IMG/VR virus record: IMGVR_UViG_3300009093_000036
Span: 64,001-128,000 of that record
Direction: 5' to 3' (one strand)
DNA length: 64,000 nucleotides
Origin: a virus
A program made the translations under genes and the position numbers. A model generated the notes under the pieces. It saw only the letters and a list, made by a program, of their open reading frames with translations. It made no database searches and was not told the DNA's origin. This document shows, one piece after another, positions 36,113 through 45,707 of this stretch; position 1 is the first letter of the stretch, and every line of letters begins with the position of its first letter.

Positions 36113-36543
36113 GTTGGTCCATCCTTCCTGATCCAGCCCGTGGGCTCGAAGTCGAGGGTCTTGTTCGCCATGTACTGGCGGAAGTCTTCGAGGGTGAAGG
36201 GGTCATGCCCTCGCTCGTTGCAGAGGGTGCGAGCCGACCACCAGAAGATGCTTCGGTATGAGCCCTGTGGGTACTCCCACGAGAGCTCCATGCACTTGAT
36301 TGCCCAGCGAGAGCTGTTGCGGTCGTGAAACAGCAACATGAAGACCAGCGTCCACTCGCAAGCGATTTTCACTTCCTCTTCGCTGTACTCGCGCTCGTCG
36401 ATGACCTTCCGACTGCCTCCTGTGGCCATCATGCCGCTCGGCCCCGTGAAGCAGATGGTCTGCCCCTCCTCACGTTCGAGCGGCTTGAGTGTCCAGGTGT
36501 TGTTCTCACGCCTCTTCTTGGCGCCTAGCTTCGTCATCACCAC
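36106..36543 (-). CDS. hypothetical protein
   Basis: 145 aa ORF. Confidence 0.6.
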   Translation of the reverse strand: MVMTKLGAKKRRENNTWTLKPLEREEGQTICFTGPSGMMATGGSRKVIDEREYSEEEVKIACEWTLVFMLLFHDRNSSRWAIKCMELSWEYPQGSYRSIFWWSARTLCNERGHDPFTLEDFRQYMANKTLDFEPTGWIRKDGPTW

Positions 36544-37730
36544 CTCTTCGTCAGATGCGCAACCTTCAGCTTCGGGAACCGGGGCTTGCCATCGGGGGTG
36601 TAGTTCTGGAACTCGATGGTGGCCTCCTTGCCCTCATACTTCGAGGCGTGCTTCAGATACTCCCGGCACTCCTCGCGAGTTCCACAGATGTCGGCCTTGA
36701 AGGCATCCCTCTTGCCGTCGATGATGATCTCCATGTGAGCGATCTTCGCCATCCCCGAGGCGTTGCCGACACCCTCCTCGAAGGCGATGATCTTGAACTC
36801 GGCGTCCAGCTTCTCCTTGCGCTTCAGCAGGGCCTGGGTCCGCTTGTTCTCGTACGGGACGTTCCTCCGAACCATGCCACCTTCGTAGCCCTCTTCGAGG
36901 AAGACCTCATAGAAGCCATCGACCTCTTCGCGAAAGAACGCCGGGTACGTCACCACCCTCACGAACGCCTTCCTGCTGCGGGTGCCCGTCACCACGTTCT
37001 CCATCAGGATGAGCTGCTCGTAGCGCTTCATGAAGTTGGCCTGCCGATCCTCGATCAAGCAGTCGTACACCCAGTACTGCACCATCTCCGCTGAGAGCTT
37101 GAGGTCCTCGACAGTCGGCTTCTGCTTCTTGACGAGCGACACGATCTTGTTGAAGTCGTACTTCAGCTCGTGGTTGTAGAGCTCGCCGTCGAGGATGATG
37201 CTCGGCCTCGCCTTGAAGATGTGCTTGATGCTCTCGAAGACGTGCGGAACAGCGAGGATGGGGTTCCCCTCCCTCGACCACAGGCCATCTTTGTTCGCGA
37301 TGCAGCGGATGCCGTCCAGCTTCGGCTGCAAGTAGAGGGCGTCCCCGATCACTCTGCCGTCGGGGGTGAAGATCTTGGCCATCCTCTTCGCGTACGAAGC
37401 ATCCGGCTCCTTGGCCTTCTGGTTGTAGTGCTCGGCCAGCATGCACTGGAAGCGCTCCGACTCCTTCGCCTCGGTCGGCGTGGCGCGATAGCCCTTCTTC
37501 ACCTTCAGCTCGTACTCGGAGTCGATCTCCGCGGAAGCTTGCTGCTCGCCGGTGGTGGCGTTCGAGCGCCCCACGTTCTTCGGCTGAGCGATCGTCCATT
37601 CAGACGTCGTGATCTTCCCTTCGATCTGACCGCTATGGGAGCGATACTTCGCCCCATCCTGCTCCATCCACCACTTCTGGATTGCTCCAGTGCTGGTCTC
37701 TTTGTAGAGCGGTGCCCGGGTATACTTCAT
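36537..37730 (-). CDS. ATP-dependent DNA ligase with N-terminal WGR-like domain
   Basis: QPKLDGIRC (motif I), LDGELY, YWVYD, YEGGMVR, LLKRKE, GKPRFP. Confidence 0.93.
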   Translation of the reverse strand: MKYTRAPLYKETSTGAIQKWWMEQDGAKYRSHSGQIEGKITTSEWTIAQPKNVGRSNATTGEQQASAEIDSEYELKVKKGYRATPTEAKESERFQCMLAEHYNQKAKEPDASYAKRMAKIFTPDGRVIGDALYLQPKLDGIRCIANKDGLWSREGNPILAVPHVFESIKHIFKARPSIILDGELYNHELKYDFNKIVSLVKKQKPTVEDLKLSAEMVQYWVYDCLIEDRQANFMKRYEQLILMENVVTGTRSRKAFVRVVTYPAFFREEVDGFYEVFLEEGYEGGMVRRNVPYENKRTQALLKRKEKLDAEFKIIAFEEGVGNASGMAKIAHMEIIIDGKRDAFKADICGTREECREYLKHASKYEGKEATIEFQNYTPDGKPRFPKLKVAHLTKRW

Positions 37731-37757
37731 CTTGTTCTCCACTGGAAGTTCATGTCT

Positions 37758-37779
37758 TCATCCTACTGATAGGGGCAAA
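37758..37779 (-). promoter_or_regulatory. candidate phage promoter
   Basis: TTTGCCCC-TATCAG-TAGGAT-G, hexamer 37766-37771. Confidence 0.65.
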
Positions 37780-37800
37780 GAGAAGGGTGGTTGCCCACCC
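37777..37800 (-). terminator. intrinsic terminator
   Basis: GGGTGG-GCAA-CCACCC-TTCTCTTT. Confidence 0.7.
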
Positions 37801-37806
37801 CTCCCC

Positions 37807-38043
37807 TCACTTCCTGTACATCTTCCGTGTCTGCTCGGCGCGGTCTTGAGCTTCGTGCTCCGCGCACTCGCAGACCCACCCCGTCTCGATGTCTCGAACC
37901 GGATGCCAGGTTCTTGCTGGGCATCGACGGTGGTGTGAGGACGCCTCCAGACGCCGCTTCAGCCGCAACCAGTGGGTCTTGATGATCACCCATCCCGCCC
38001 CGAGGAAGGGGAGGCTGTAGACGAACATCAAGACCTCATCCAT
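37807..38043 (-). CDS. hypothetical membrane protein
   Basis: MDEVLMFVYSLPFLGAGWVII...; in frame with the read-through ORF. Confidence 0.55.
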   Translation of the reverse strand: MDEVLMFVYSLPFLGAGWVIIKTHWLRLKRRLEASSHHRRCPARTWHPVRDIETGWVCECAEHEAQDRAEQTRKMYRK

Positions 38044-38059
38044 CAGATGTGCGGCATGC

Positions 38060-38473
38060 TCAGTCGTCGAGCGCTTCGAGCTCGGCGAGGAGCTGCTTCT
38101 CCGACATTTTCGTGAGCTTGACCTCCTGCTTGTCGGCGAGGGCCGCGATGATCTTCTCCCGCTTGGCCTTGGTCTCCGCGCGCTTCTTCGCCTCGGCCTG
38201 CTCGTTGAGCTTGACCTCGATGATGCGCTTGATGACGTTGAGCTTCGCCTCGATGGCTCCATGGGACGGGCTCCGCTCCGTCGCCACGAAGCTCTCCTCG
38301 GTCGCCGCCTTGAGGTCCTTGTTGACGGTCTTCGCGATGGCGTCGAGGTTGAGGCCATCGGACGAGAGCAGCGGGAGCTCCCAAAGCTGCTCGACGGTGA
38401 GCTCGCCACGCGGGGACGTGAAGCGGAACTTCTTGCGGGTGGCGGACTCGAAGAGGCTGATGTTTTCGGACAT
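38060..38473 (-). CDS. conserved phage hypothetical (helical) protein
   Basis: RKKFRFTSPRGELTVEQLWELPL...LDAIAK...ESFV; A-rich RBS. Confidence 0.75.
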   Translation of the reverse strand: MSENISLFESATRKKFRFTSPRGELTVEQLWELPLLSSDGLNLDAIAKTVNKDLKAATEESFVATERSPSHGAIEAKLNVIKRIIEVKLNEQAEAKKRAETKAKREKIIAALADKQEVKLTKMSEKQLLAELEALDD

Positions 38474-38505
38474 GTTCTTGTTCTCTTTCTTGTTGTGGTT
38501 GTGGA

Positions 38506-40611
38506 ACAGACACCGATGTAGATGTTGAAGATGCGCTGCTTCTTGCCCTGCTGGACGCGGACGAGGACTTCATCCGGCTTCGTGGAGGAGAAGCCCAGAC
38601 CGGCCAGGTGCCCTTCCGTGGGGCGGCACTTGGTCTTGTCCCCGATGACCTCGAACACCTTCCGGTGCTCTTCGAGACGCGAGTGGAGGAACTCGTTGTA
38701 GAACCCGCGCATGTCCTCGTCGCTCTTCGCCCCCTCCAAGACGAAGAACGTGTGCTTGTTCCCCACGGCGTTGTCGCCCCAGTAGTTCGGGCTGAGCATC
38801 ACCGTGTTGACCTTGACGTAGCGCTCCGTGGTGAGTCCCCACTTCTCCTGCGAGATGTTGGTCGAGGTGATGCCGGGATCTCCTGCCTCGACGCGCTCGA
38901 TGGCGCCGTTCTTCATGTGCAGCGTCGCCACGACGATGTCCTGCTGGTTCCGGACCTGCTTGTTGTACGAGTAGTGCGAGATCTTGCCCTCACACTCCGT
39001 CTCGATGACGAACCCAGGGTTGCTGGTCTCGCGCTGGGCGAAGTTGTTCACGATGATCTGGTACGGGCCGTCCGGCGGCTTGACGGACCACACCACGTTC
39101 TCGACAGCCTCACGCGTCGCACCGTGCCCGGCGTTCATGTCGACGTCGAGGGTGCCTCCGGTCCAGCCGACCTTGTTGCGGAAGTGGATGTGCTGTCCCG
39201 GCAGACCGAGAGATCCACGAGCTCGTCCGGAGCCCTTGGGCTCGTGAACATGAAGATCGAGATCGTCGTAGTTGAACCACGACAGCGAGATGCGGAGGAC
39301 ACCGTTGATCTTGCCGCCCGCCTTCTTCACGCGCTCCTTGATGGAGTCCGCGACGTTGCCGCCGTAGGACCACGCGAAGTCGTTGTTCCACTTGAAGAGC
39401 TGCTTCGGCTCCGGATGCACCGGCGCCGTCAGAGCCATCAGGTTCCCGAGATGCTTCCCCGAGAAGAACATCTCCATGGCCTGCGCCTTGGGGACGATCT
39501 CCGTCATGAAGTCGTCGAGCGAGATGGCTTCGGCACGGTCCTCGTCCTTCGCCGAAGATCGAGTCGAGGCCGCAGCATGCTGCATGAGGACGTCACCGAT
39601 CCCGCCCTTCATGAGCGAGCGTGCAGCACCGTCGACCCACTTCACGTCGTTCACCGACACGTCGGCCATGACGGCGAACCGACGTTCGAGAGCCGGTTCG
39701 AGTCCCAAGGACTCGATGGTCTCCATCGCCTTCTTCACCATGCCGGGCGTGATGAGGGCGGTCGTCCGCTTGTAGTTCTGCGGAGCCACCTTCGACTCGA
39801 AGCTCTTCACCGCACGTTCGAGCTCCTGACCTTCGGAGAGGTCCTGGACGAGCGTACCGATGACGGTGTTGCGGAATCGGGCCGCAGGGCTGTTGGCGTT
39901 CGCCCACACGAAGAGGGAGCGCTCGGTGTTGAAAGGCCACGTCGCCTTCTTCCCGAGGTACTCGCCCTGCATCTTCTTGAACTCGATGACGGCACGCTTG
40001 TGCTCGTCACCGCGGTACAAGCTCTTCGCCTCGATCAAGGACAAGACGGTATCGACCGCATCGGGAGTCAGCTCGACAAGCCCACGCTCGAAGACCTGGA
40101 CCGTCGTGCGGTAGTTGCCACGATCAGCGTCCGGGGTCGCCGAGCGAAGGCCACGCGGAATCTCCCCGGTGTGGAAGTGGTTCCAGACCAGAACCTTCTC
40201 CGTTGCCTTGTCGAGCTGACGCGTCTGCATCGCACCGAACTGCGTCTCGCTCTTTCCGACACGGAAGAGGTCGCGGATGCCCACGCCGCGCAGAGCCTTC
40301 TGAAGTGCTGCTGCGACGATGCCATACGGCTCCGCCGACGCCTGCTCGACAGCCTTGTCCCAGACGGTGGTCACCCTCCCGTCCGAGATGATGACCGCGC
40401 ATCCTGCGCGGCGGATGAACTGCTTGCAGCACGAGCAGTCGTGCTCGGTGCGCGTCTTGAAGATGGGATCGGTGCCCGGAGGGAAGGAGGCCAGGTACAG
40501 CGCCCAGAGGGCGTCACCGTCCATGTCGGCGACGAAGATGTTGGTGTTGTCCTTCACCATCTTCTGGAAGGACTCGGCGACCGTGCGATAGAAAGAGAGA
40601 AAGAGGGTCAT
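38506..40611 (-). CDS. large phage protein with a YfaP/DUF2135-like domain (expected stop missing near 38506)
   Basis: HDCSCCKQFI; LRISLSWFNYDDLDLHV...GGTLDVDMNAG...AVENVVW. Confidence 0.7.
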
Positions 40612-40636
40612 GTTGATTTCCTTTTCATGTTGAGGC

Positions 40637-40676
40637 GTGCGGCAGTCCGATACCCGAAGGCACCGAACTGCCGCAC
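40637..40676 (-). other. 18-bp hairpin with C(UUCG)G loop
   Basis: GTGCGGCAGTTCGGTGCC-TTCG-GGTATCGGACTGCCGCAC. Confidence 0.75.
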
Positions 40677-40685
40677 ACATCGATG

Positions 40686-41888
40686 TCAGAGCTGCGTCGA
40701 ACGCTCGATGACCGGGGCTTCCCCACGTGCCCGCCGCTTGGCGTTGCACGCCTTGCAGCCACAGTCAGGCGTCGGCTCACCCTTCGCCACAGCAGCGTCG
40801 ACGACCTTCTGCCGCTCCGCCGCCTTGAGCTCGCCCTCGGCACGCTCGGGGTGCTTCGCGAGGACGGTCGCGATCGCCTCGTCGACCGTCTTGTAGCGCT
40901 GCACGAGGTCTGCGTGGATGAGGTTGACGATCACCACCAGCATCTCCGCGAGCTCGCCGTCGTACCCGAACACCTCGCGGTAGCGGGCATCCAGGTCCTT
41001 CATGTCCTTGAACAGCCGGAGCGGGAGCTTCCGAACGCCGTCCATGTCGACAGCATCGGTACGAGGACGGTTCCGGCGCAGGAAGTCCTCGACGCTCGTG
41101 ATCAGCCCGAACGTCTGGTTCTCCTCACGCCAGAGGTCGCCCACCGTGATCGAGCCATCGGGCTCGCTCGCCGCAGACTTCCTTCCCTCGGCGCTGCTCA
41201 GCAGGTCATCGAAGTCGATCCCGGGACCATCGCCGAACAGGTCGTCGAGGCTCATGACGCGAACGCCACGACCACCGAGAGAAGCACCCCCGGCACCGAG
41301 CAGAGACATCAGCACCGAGACGATGCTGCTGCCTCGGGCGCCACCACTTCGACGACTGGCCTGCTGCTCGATCGAGGTCGGGCCCTGAAGGCTCGGATCC
41401 AGACCCACCTTGAACAGCCGCAGCATCTCCAGCTTCGAGACCTTCTTCTCCCGAAGCTCCTGGAAGAGCTCCTGGACGGCGACGCCGGCCTTGACCGAGA
41501 CATGCTGCTCGATGTCGTCGAACACTTCACGAATCACGTGCTGGGGGACCCGGAACGCGAGGGCGGTGAGCAGCATGTCGTGCTCGTCCACTGCGTCCAT
41601 GGAGGTGAGCTTGTCCCCCTCGCGGTGTGCCGTGATGACATTCCCGATGAGGCGCATGCCATGCCCACCACGCTCGTGCTCACCCTCGCTGAGAATCGCG
41701 AGCTGCTCGTGCGTCAGCTCCATCAGCTCCGAGAGAGCAGTGACCACCGGCTGCTCGGGATTGAGGCCGGTCAGGGCGTACTCGACGATCTGCTCGACCT
41801 TCTTGGAGCCGATCTCCGCCATGAGGGCGCTGAAGATGATGTCGAGCAGGGTCGACCGCTTGAGGAGCTTGTTCTTGTCGATGTTCAT
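40686..41888 (-). CDS. hypothetical helical protein
   Basis: 400 aa; C-terminal CGCKAC. Confidence 0.7.
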   Translation of the reverse strand: MNIDKNKLLKRSTLLDIIFSALMAEIGSKKVEQIVEYALTGLNPEQPVVTALSELMELTHEQLAILSEGEHERGGHGMRLIGNVITAHREGDKLTSMDAVDEHDMLLTALAFRVPQHVIREVFDDIEQHVSVKAGVAVQELFQELREKKVSKLEMLRLFKVGLDPSLQGPTSIEQQASRRSGGARGSSIVSVLMSLLGAGGASLGGRGVRVMSLDDLFGDGPGIDFDDLLSSAEGRKSAASEPDGSITVGDLWREENQTFGLITSVEDFLRRNRPRTDAVDMDGVRKLPLRLFKDMKDLDARYREVFGYDGELAEMLVVIVNLIHADLVQRYKTVDEAIATVLAKHPERAEGELKAAERQKVVDAAVAKGEPTPDCGCKACNAKRRARGEAPVIERSTQL

Positions 41889-41925
41889 GTTCGTGTTCTC
41901 CGGTTGAAGGGGCGGAGTGCCTCTT

Positions 41926-41943
41926 TCATCTTCCTTATAGGAG
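41926..41943 (-). promoter_or_regulatory. candidate phage promoter
   Basis: CTCC-TATAAG-GAAGAT-G, hexamer 41934-41939; CCTATAAGGAAGATG is identical to the 24200 copy. Confidence 0.65.
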
Positions 41944-41957
41944 GAATACGCGACTTT

Positions 41958-42158
41958 TCAGTCGTCCTCGGACTCGTTCTCGAACGACCACTCACCACAC
42001 GAGTTGCCGTTGTCGTCGATGATCTTCCCCTCTTCGTTCGTCGCACCCGGATCCATCTCATCGAACTTGAGAGCCAGCTCTCGAAGTGCGGCCGCAACGT
42101 TGGCGGGGGTACGCATCTCGTCGTCACCCAACTCGATCTCCAGCATGAACTTTCCCAT
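41958..42158 (-). CDS. hypothetical protein
   Basis: GGAGG RBS; KIIDDNGNSCGEW. Confidence 0.7.
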   Translation of the reverse strand: MGKFMLEIELGDDEMRTPANVAAALRELALKFDEMDPGATNEEGKIIDDNGNSCGEWSFENESEDD

Positions 42159-42168
42159 TTTCGCCTCC

Positions 42169-42196
42169 AAAAAGAAGAGGGGCCCGTAGGCCCCTC
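42169..42196 (-). terminator. intrinsic terminator
   Basis: GAGGGGCC-TACG-GGCCCCTC-TTCTTTTT. Confidence 0.8.
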
Positions 42197-42198
42197 AG

Positions 42199-43209
42199 TC
42201 ACTCCATCACGACTTCGACTTGCGGGATGATCTCCTGCGGAGGTGGGTCGCACCCATCCTCTCCCGGACGACACCAGAACCTGTTCGCAGGATGACGACC
42301 GCCTGATACTTCCAGCCCGCAATGCTCGTACGGGACGAGGCCTCGGTCTTCAGCATGATGATCATCGCAGGCACCGCCTTCATCGTCACACCGACCACCC
42401 CACGCGATGATGGGGGCATCAGCACATGGACCGAGGTGTTCGCCATCGAGGAGCTCCGACACGAACTGCTGCATCGCCATCCACCGCGGACGGTAATCGC
42501 GATCCCAGTTCAGAGGACGGCCCCCAGAGTCCGTGGCCTGGAAGTGAGGAGGACGTGTGCCCTCCGCGTTGAGCTCGACGAGCCACTGAGTCCGCGGGGA
42601 GTGGGGCTCCCACTGCTCCGTGACGTAGTGGACATGCCTGCGCATCGTGCCGATCAAGGTCTCCCCACGAGCGCGGGTTCGACGCAGGACACGGTAGATG
42701 GCCGGGCAGTCGAGCTCGGCGTGGTTCACGTCATCGTTCGGATCCTTGATGTCGTCGTGCAGCCAGTTCGCCTCCGACACGCAGATGCGCGAAAGCACCA
42801 AGACGGTGACGGCACGCAGCTCTTCCCAATCCTCGCCGATCAACCGGATGAGCCGATCCTCCTCGAACCCTCTGTTGAAGGAGCTCAGGAAGCGTCGGCG
42901 GACACCAGGCAGCAGAGACGTCGCGTCCGGGTACATGTGCGGAGCCAGAGACACAGGCGTCGCCACGTGGATGTAGGAGTGGATCTCGTGCGGCATGTAC
43001 TGCGTGCTGTCGACGACGAGGTGCTCCTCGACCACAGGGTCAGCCACAGGAACAGGAACTTCGATCGGAGCAGGAGCAGGAACCACGGGCTGAGGGGCCA
43101 CTGCGAGGGGCTGAGGCTCATCGTCGACGATGACCCCTGCGTCGCGAGCCATCGAGCCCGTGCAGGAGAGCATCACCACCGCGAAGAGGACCATTCGCTT
43201 CTTCATCAT
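42199..43209 (-). CDS. lipoprotein, putative SleB/Hydrolase_2-like cell-wall hydrolase
   Basis: signal peptide with lipobox (VMLSC); LSRICVSEA...DCPAIYRVLRR. Confidence 0.5.
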   Translation of the reverse strand: MMKKRMVLFAVVMLSCTGSMARDAGVIVDDEPQPLAVAPQPVVPAPAPIEVPVPVADPVVEEHLVVDSTQYMPHEIHSYIHVATPVSLAPHMYPDATSLLPGVRRRFLSSFNRGFEEDRLIRLIGEDWEELRAVTVLVLSRICVSEANWLHDDIKDPNDDVNHAELDCPAIYRVLRRTRARGETLIGTMRRHVHYVTEQWEPHSPRTQWLVELNAEGTRPPHFQATDSGGRPLNWDRDYRPRWMAMQQFVSELLDGEHLGPCADAPIIAWGGRCDDEGGACDDHHAEDRGLVPYEHCGLEVSGGRHPANRFWCRPGEDGCDPPPQEIIPQVEVVME

Positions 43210-43223
43210 GTACCTCCAGGAAC

Positions 43224-43266
43224 GACAACGCCCTCCCCACTGAGCATCAGCGAGGAGGGCGTAGTC
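43224..43266 (-). other. 16-19-bp intergenic hairpin
   Basis: ACGCCCTCCTCGCTGA-TGC-TCAGTGGGGAGGGCGT. Confidence 0.65.
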
Positions 43267-43300
43267 ACGAGCGCGAATCAGCCGAAGCTGACCGCAGCGA

Positions 43301-43609
43301 TCAGGCGAAGACCTTCTTCAGCGCCGCGGCGCCTTCGAGGACCTTGCGGAGACGAACGACGTGCGGGTTGTCGAGACCGGCGTTCTCGGCGCGGAGAACG
43401 GCGTTCGCCGCCTGCGTCTCGATGCTGGCGACCTTCTCCTTCAGGCGCGTCACGACCGACTTCGGGTCCTTCGCGTAGCGCTCGACGGCGACGGTGCCGC
43501 CGCGGGCCGCGCTGCGGGCCTCGCCGTTGCCGGTCGAGGAGCCGAGCTTCGCCTTCGCCTTGGCGGGGGTCTTCTTCGCGGGCGTCTTCGTGTTCTTTTT
43601 CGTGGCCAT
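43301..43609 (-). CDS. small basic protein with an H1-like Lys/Ala/Pro N-terminus
   Basis: MATKKNTKTPAKKTPAKAKAK. Confidence 0.7.
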   Translation of the reverse strand: MATKKNTKTPAKKTPAKAKAKLGSSTGNGEARSAARGGTVAVERYAKDPKSVVTRLKEKVASIETQAANAVLRAENAGLDNPHVVRLRKVLEGAAALKKVFA

Positions 43610-43618
43610 GGGACTCTC

Positions 43619-44317
43619 CTATTTCTTCTTCTTGTTCAGGTCTCGAACCAGGGGTCTGTGAACGTGCGGGATGGGTCCGTACTTCTTGATCGCACCTGCG
43701 TGCTCGTCCGTGCCGTAACCCGCGGACGTCTTCAAGTAGTACCTCGGGAACTTCTTGTCAAGCAAGTTCATCTCGACGTCCCGGTTGAACTTGGCGAAGA
43801 TCGAGGCCGCTCCAACATGAGGAACGAACTCGTCCGCCTTCGGGACGTACAAGATGTTGATGCACGCGAAGGTCATGAGCATGTCGTGGACCTTCGCAGA
43901 CCGCACACCGTCGACGATGATCGCGAGGTTCTTCGGCAACACCTTGCAGTGCTGCATCAGAGACTTCATCGCGATGTGCATCGCTCGAACGTACGCTCCC
44001 GCATGCGTGTGCTTCTCGATGTCGTCGGGCGTTGCTGCCCCTTCGGCATGGAAGACGTCCGTGCTGTCGTCGATCAGCTCGATCATCCGTTCTCTGTGCT
44101 CTGGTGTCGTCTTCTTCGAGTCCTTCACTCCTTCCAGGTCCCATCTCCGCGGAGCCAGCACCGCGCTGAGATAGAAGGGCCCTGCCCATGCACCTGTGCC
44201 GCTCTCGTCGATGCCGACCAGGTGCGTGATGTTGCCGCTGTTGTCGATGATGTCGTTGAGGGCCCGACGCCATCGGTCCAGCTCGTTGAGTTTCTCTACG
44301 TTCACTTTTCTGGGCAC
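43619..44317 (-). CDS. rnhB: ribonuclease HII
   Basis: LVGIDESGTGAWAGP, VKDSKK, IIVDG, KAD...VGAASIFAK..RD, GYGT..H. Confidence 0.93.
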   Translation of the reverse strand: MPRKVNVEKLNELDRWRRALNDIIDNSGNITHLVGIDESGTGAWAGPFYLSAVLAPRRWDLEGVKDSKKTTPEHRERMIELIDDSTDVFHAEGAATPDDIEKHTHAGAYVRAMHIAMKSLMQHCKVLPKNLAIIVDGVRSAKVHDMLMTFACINILYVPKADEFVPHVGAASIFAKFNRDVEMNLLDKKFPRYYLKTSAGYGTDEHAGAIKKYGPIPHVHRPLVRDLNKKKK

Positions 44318-44319
44318 TG

Positions 44320-44844
44320 CTACCTCGTGTCTCGGATCTTCTTTGCCAGCTCCCGCCCCATGTCAATGATCATGGAGTTGGTCAGGAGCTCCGAGACTAC
44401 TCGATTCGCCGCGTTCAAGCTGAAGTAGCTCATGTTCTCGATGGCTCCCTTGACTGAGTCCTTCTTGCTGAACGGGTGCCCGAGCCACCACGCCGCATGA
44501 AGCTCGACAGCGATCGAGTCCAGCTCGTTCCCATCTGCGGCGACCGGCGACATGTCGCTGAGCACTGCGCTCAGGGACCTGGTCCTCTTGTCAAAGACGG
44601 TCTTGCCCTCCAAGCAGACGTGGTGCGCAAGTTCGTGAAGAACCTCCTCGAACCGAATGTGCATGTAGTTCTTCGTGACGTACTGGTCGTTGGTGGTCGT
44701 GACGGTGATGGTCTCAACGTTCACCTTCGCCAGCAGTCTCTCCGTGGATCGCATGACCGACTCGATGGGGCGTCTCCGGCCCATGACGCGGTCTCGGTCC
44801 TTCGCGGTCAGCGGCGTGATGCCGTACATGCCGCGCGAGTACAT
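44320..44844 (-). CDS. HExxH (ImmA/IrrE-like) protein
   Basis: VLHELAHHVCL...NELDSIAVE. Confidence 0.6.
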   Translation of the reverse strand: MYSRGMYGITPLTAKDRDRVMGRRRPIESVMRSTERLLAKVNVETITVTTTNDQYVTKNYMHIRFEEVLHELAHHVCLEGKTVFDKRTRSLSAVLSDMSPVAADGNELDSIAVELHAAWWLGHPFSKKDSVKGAIENMSYFSLNAANRVVSELLTNSMIIDMGRELAKKIRDTR

Positions 44845-45662
44845 CAGGGAATCACCCCGAAGAGTGTGTCGTAGATCGGCAACTTCTTCTTCGCCTTCGT
44901 TCCGCTCCGACCGTGGACTGCGAATGCGATACCGAGCTTCTCCTTGTAGAGGCGATCGGTGTCGAAGCAGAGCCGGCACTGGGTGCAGGTCACCTTGTTC
45001 GTCTCCGCAGGGCACGGGATGAACTTGATGTCGCAGTCCGGGATCGTGAACGCCTTCTTTGAAGGAAACTCACGAACAACGAGTGCGGGGACGTACCCCT
45101 TCATGTAGCGAGCTCGGTGGGCTTCCTTCGCCGTCTCCACCGAAGCCAGGACCTGGATGGGTCCCCACAGCGATCGGACGATCCGCCTCCACGAGTGCGT
45201 GTACGTCCACACGATGCCGCCGCCACGACCTCGATAGCGGATGGCAGCGCTCGACAGCGCCATCGCCGCGATGTCGTTCTGGGCATCACCGCTGACGTGA
45301 AGGCGCAGGTCTCGACCTGCGTTGCCGTACTTGCCTCCGTCCTTCGGCACGCCGTTCACGAACAAGTTGTCGATCGCTGCTGCCTCGATGACACCGATGT
45401 TCTCCTTGTTCTTCTTCACCTCATCATCGAGGCGGTGAACCATCAGTCCGGTGTAGCCGGCGTCAGCGAAGCAGCCGGCGTCCTTGAACTTGCACACGTC
45501 GTCGCACGTCCCGCGAATCGTGACGTAGGTCGAGGCCACGAACGGACCCTTCGGCACAAGCCGCGGGCGTTTCAGCGTCGGACCACGCACGATGTCGACA
45601 GGGCCGAGCTTCCGGTTGGCACTCTTCGGCTTGATGAGCACCCCAGGGAATCGTTCGGTCAT
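44844..45662 (-). CDS. Cys-rich Fe-S/radical-SAM-like phage protein (gp88-like)
   Basis: SANRKLGP, TCDDVCKFKDAGCFA, LRLHVSGDA, WTYTHSW, CPAE..KVTCTQCRLC, FAVHG. Confidence 0.6.
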   Translation of the reverse strand: MTERFPGVLIKPKSANRKLGPVDIVRGPTLKRPRLVPKGPFVASTYVTIRGTCDDVCKFKDAGCFADAGYTGLMVHRLDDEVKKNKENIGVIEAAAIDNLFVNGVPKDGGKYGNAGRDLRLHVSGDAQNDIAAMALSSAAIRYRGRGGGIVWTYTHSWRRIVRSLWGPIQVLASVETAKEAHRARYMKGYVPALVVREFPSKKAFTIPDCDIKFIPCPAETNKVTCTQCRLCFDTDRLYKEKLGIAFAVHGRSGTKAKKKLPIYDTLFGVIP

Positions 45663-45672
45663 CTCGTCCTCC

Positions 45673-45707
45673 AAAAAGAAAGAGCCCCGCTACGCGCGGA
45701 GCCCTCT
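45673..45707 (-). terminator. intrinsic terminator
   Basis: AGAGGGCTCCGC-GCGTA-GCGGGGCTCTT-TCTTTTT. Confidence 0.75.

Noticed and set aside
37807-40749. The 980-aa ORF as one protein
   Set aside because: Its 5' end overlaps the upstream gene and hairpin, and its 3' third overlaps a better gene in another frame. I treated it as a ~701-aa gene with a lost stop.
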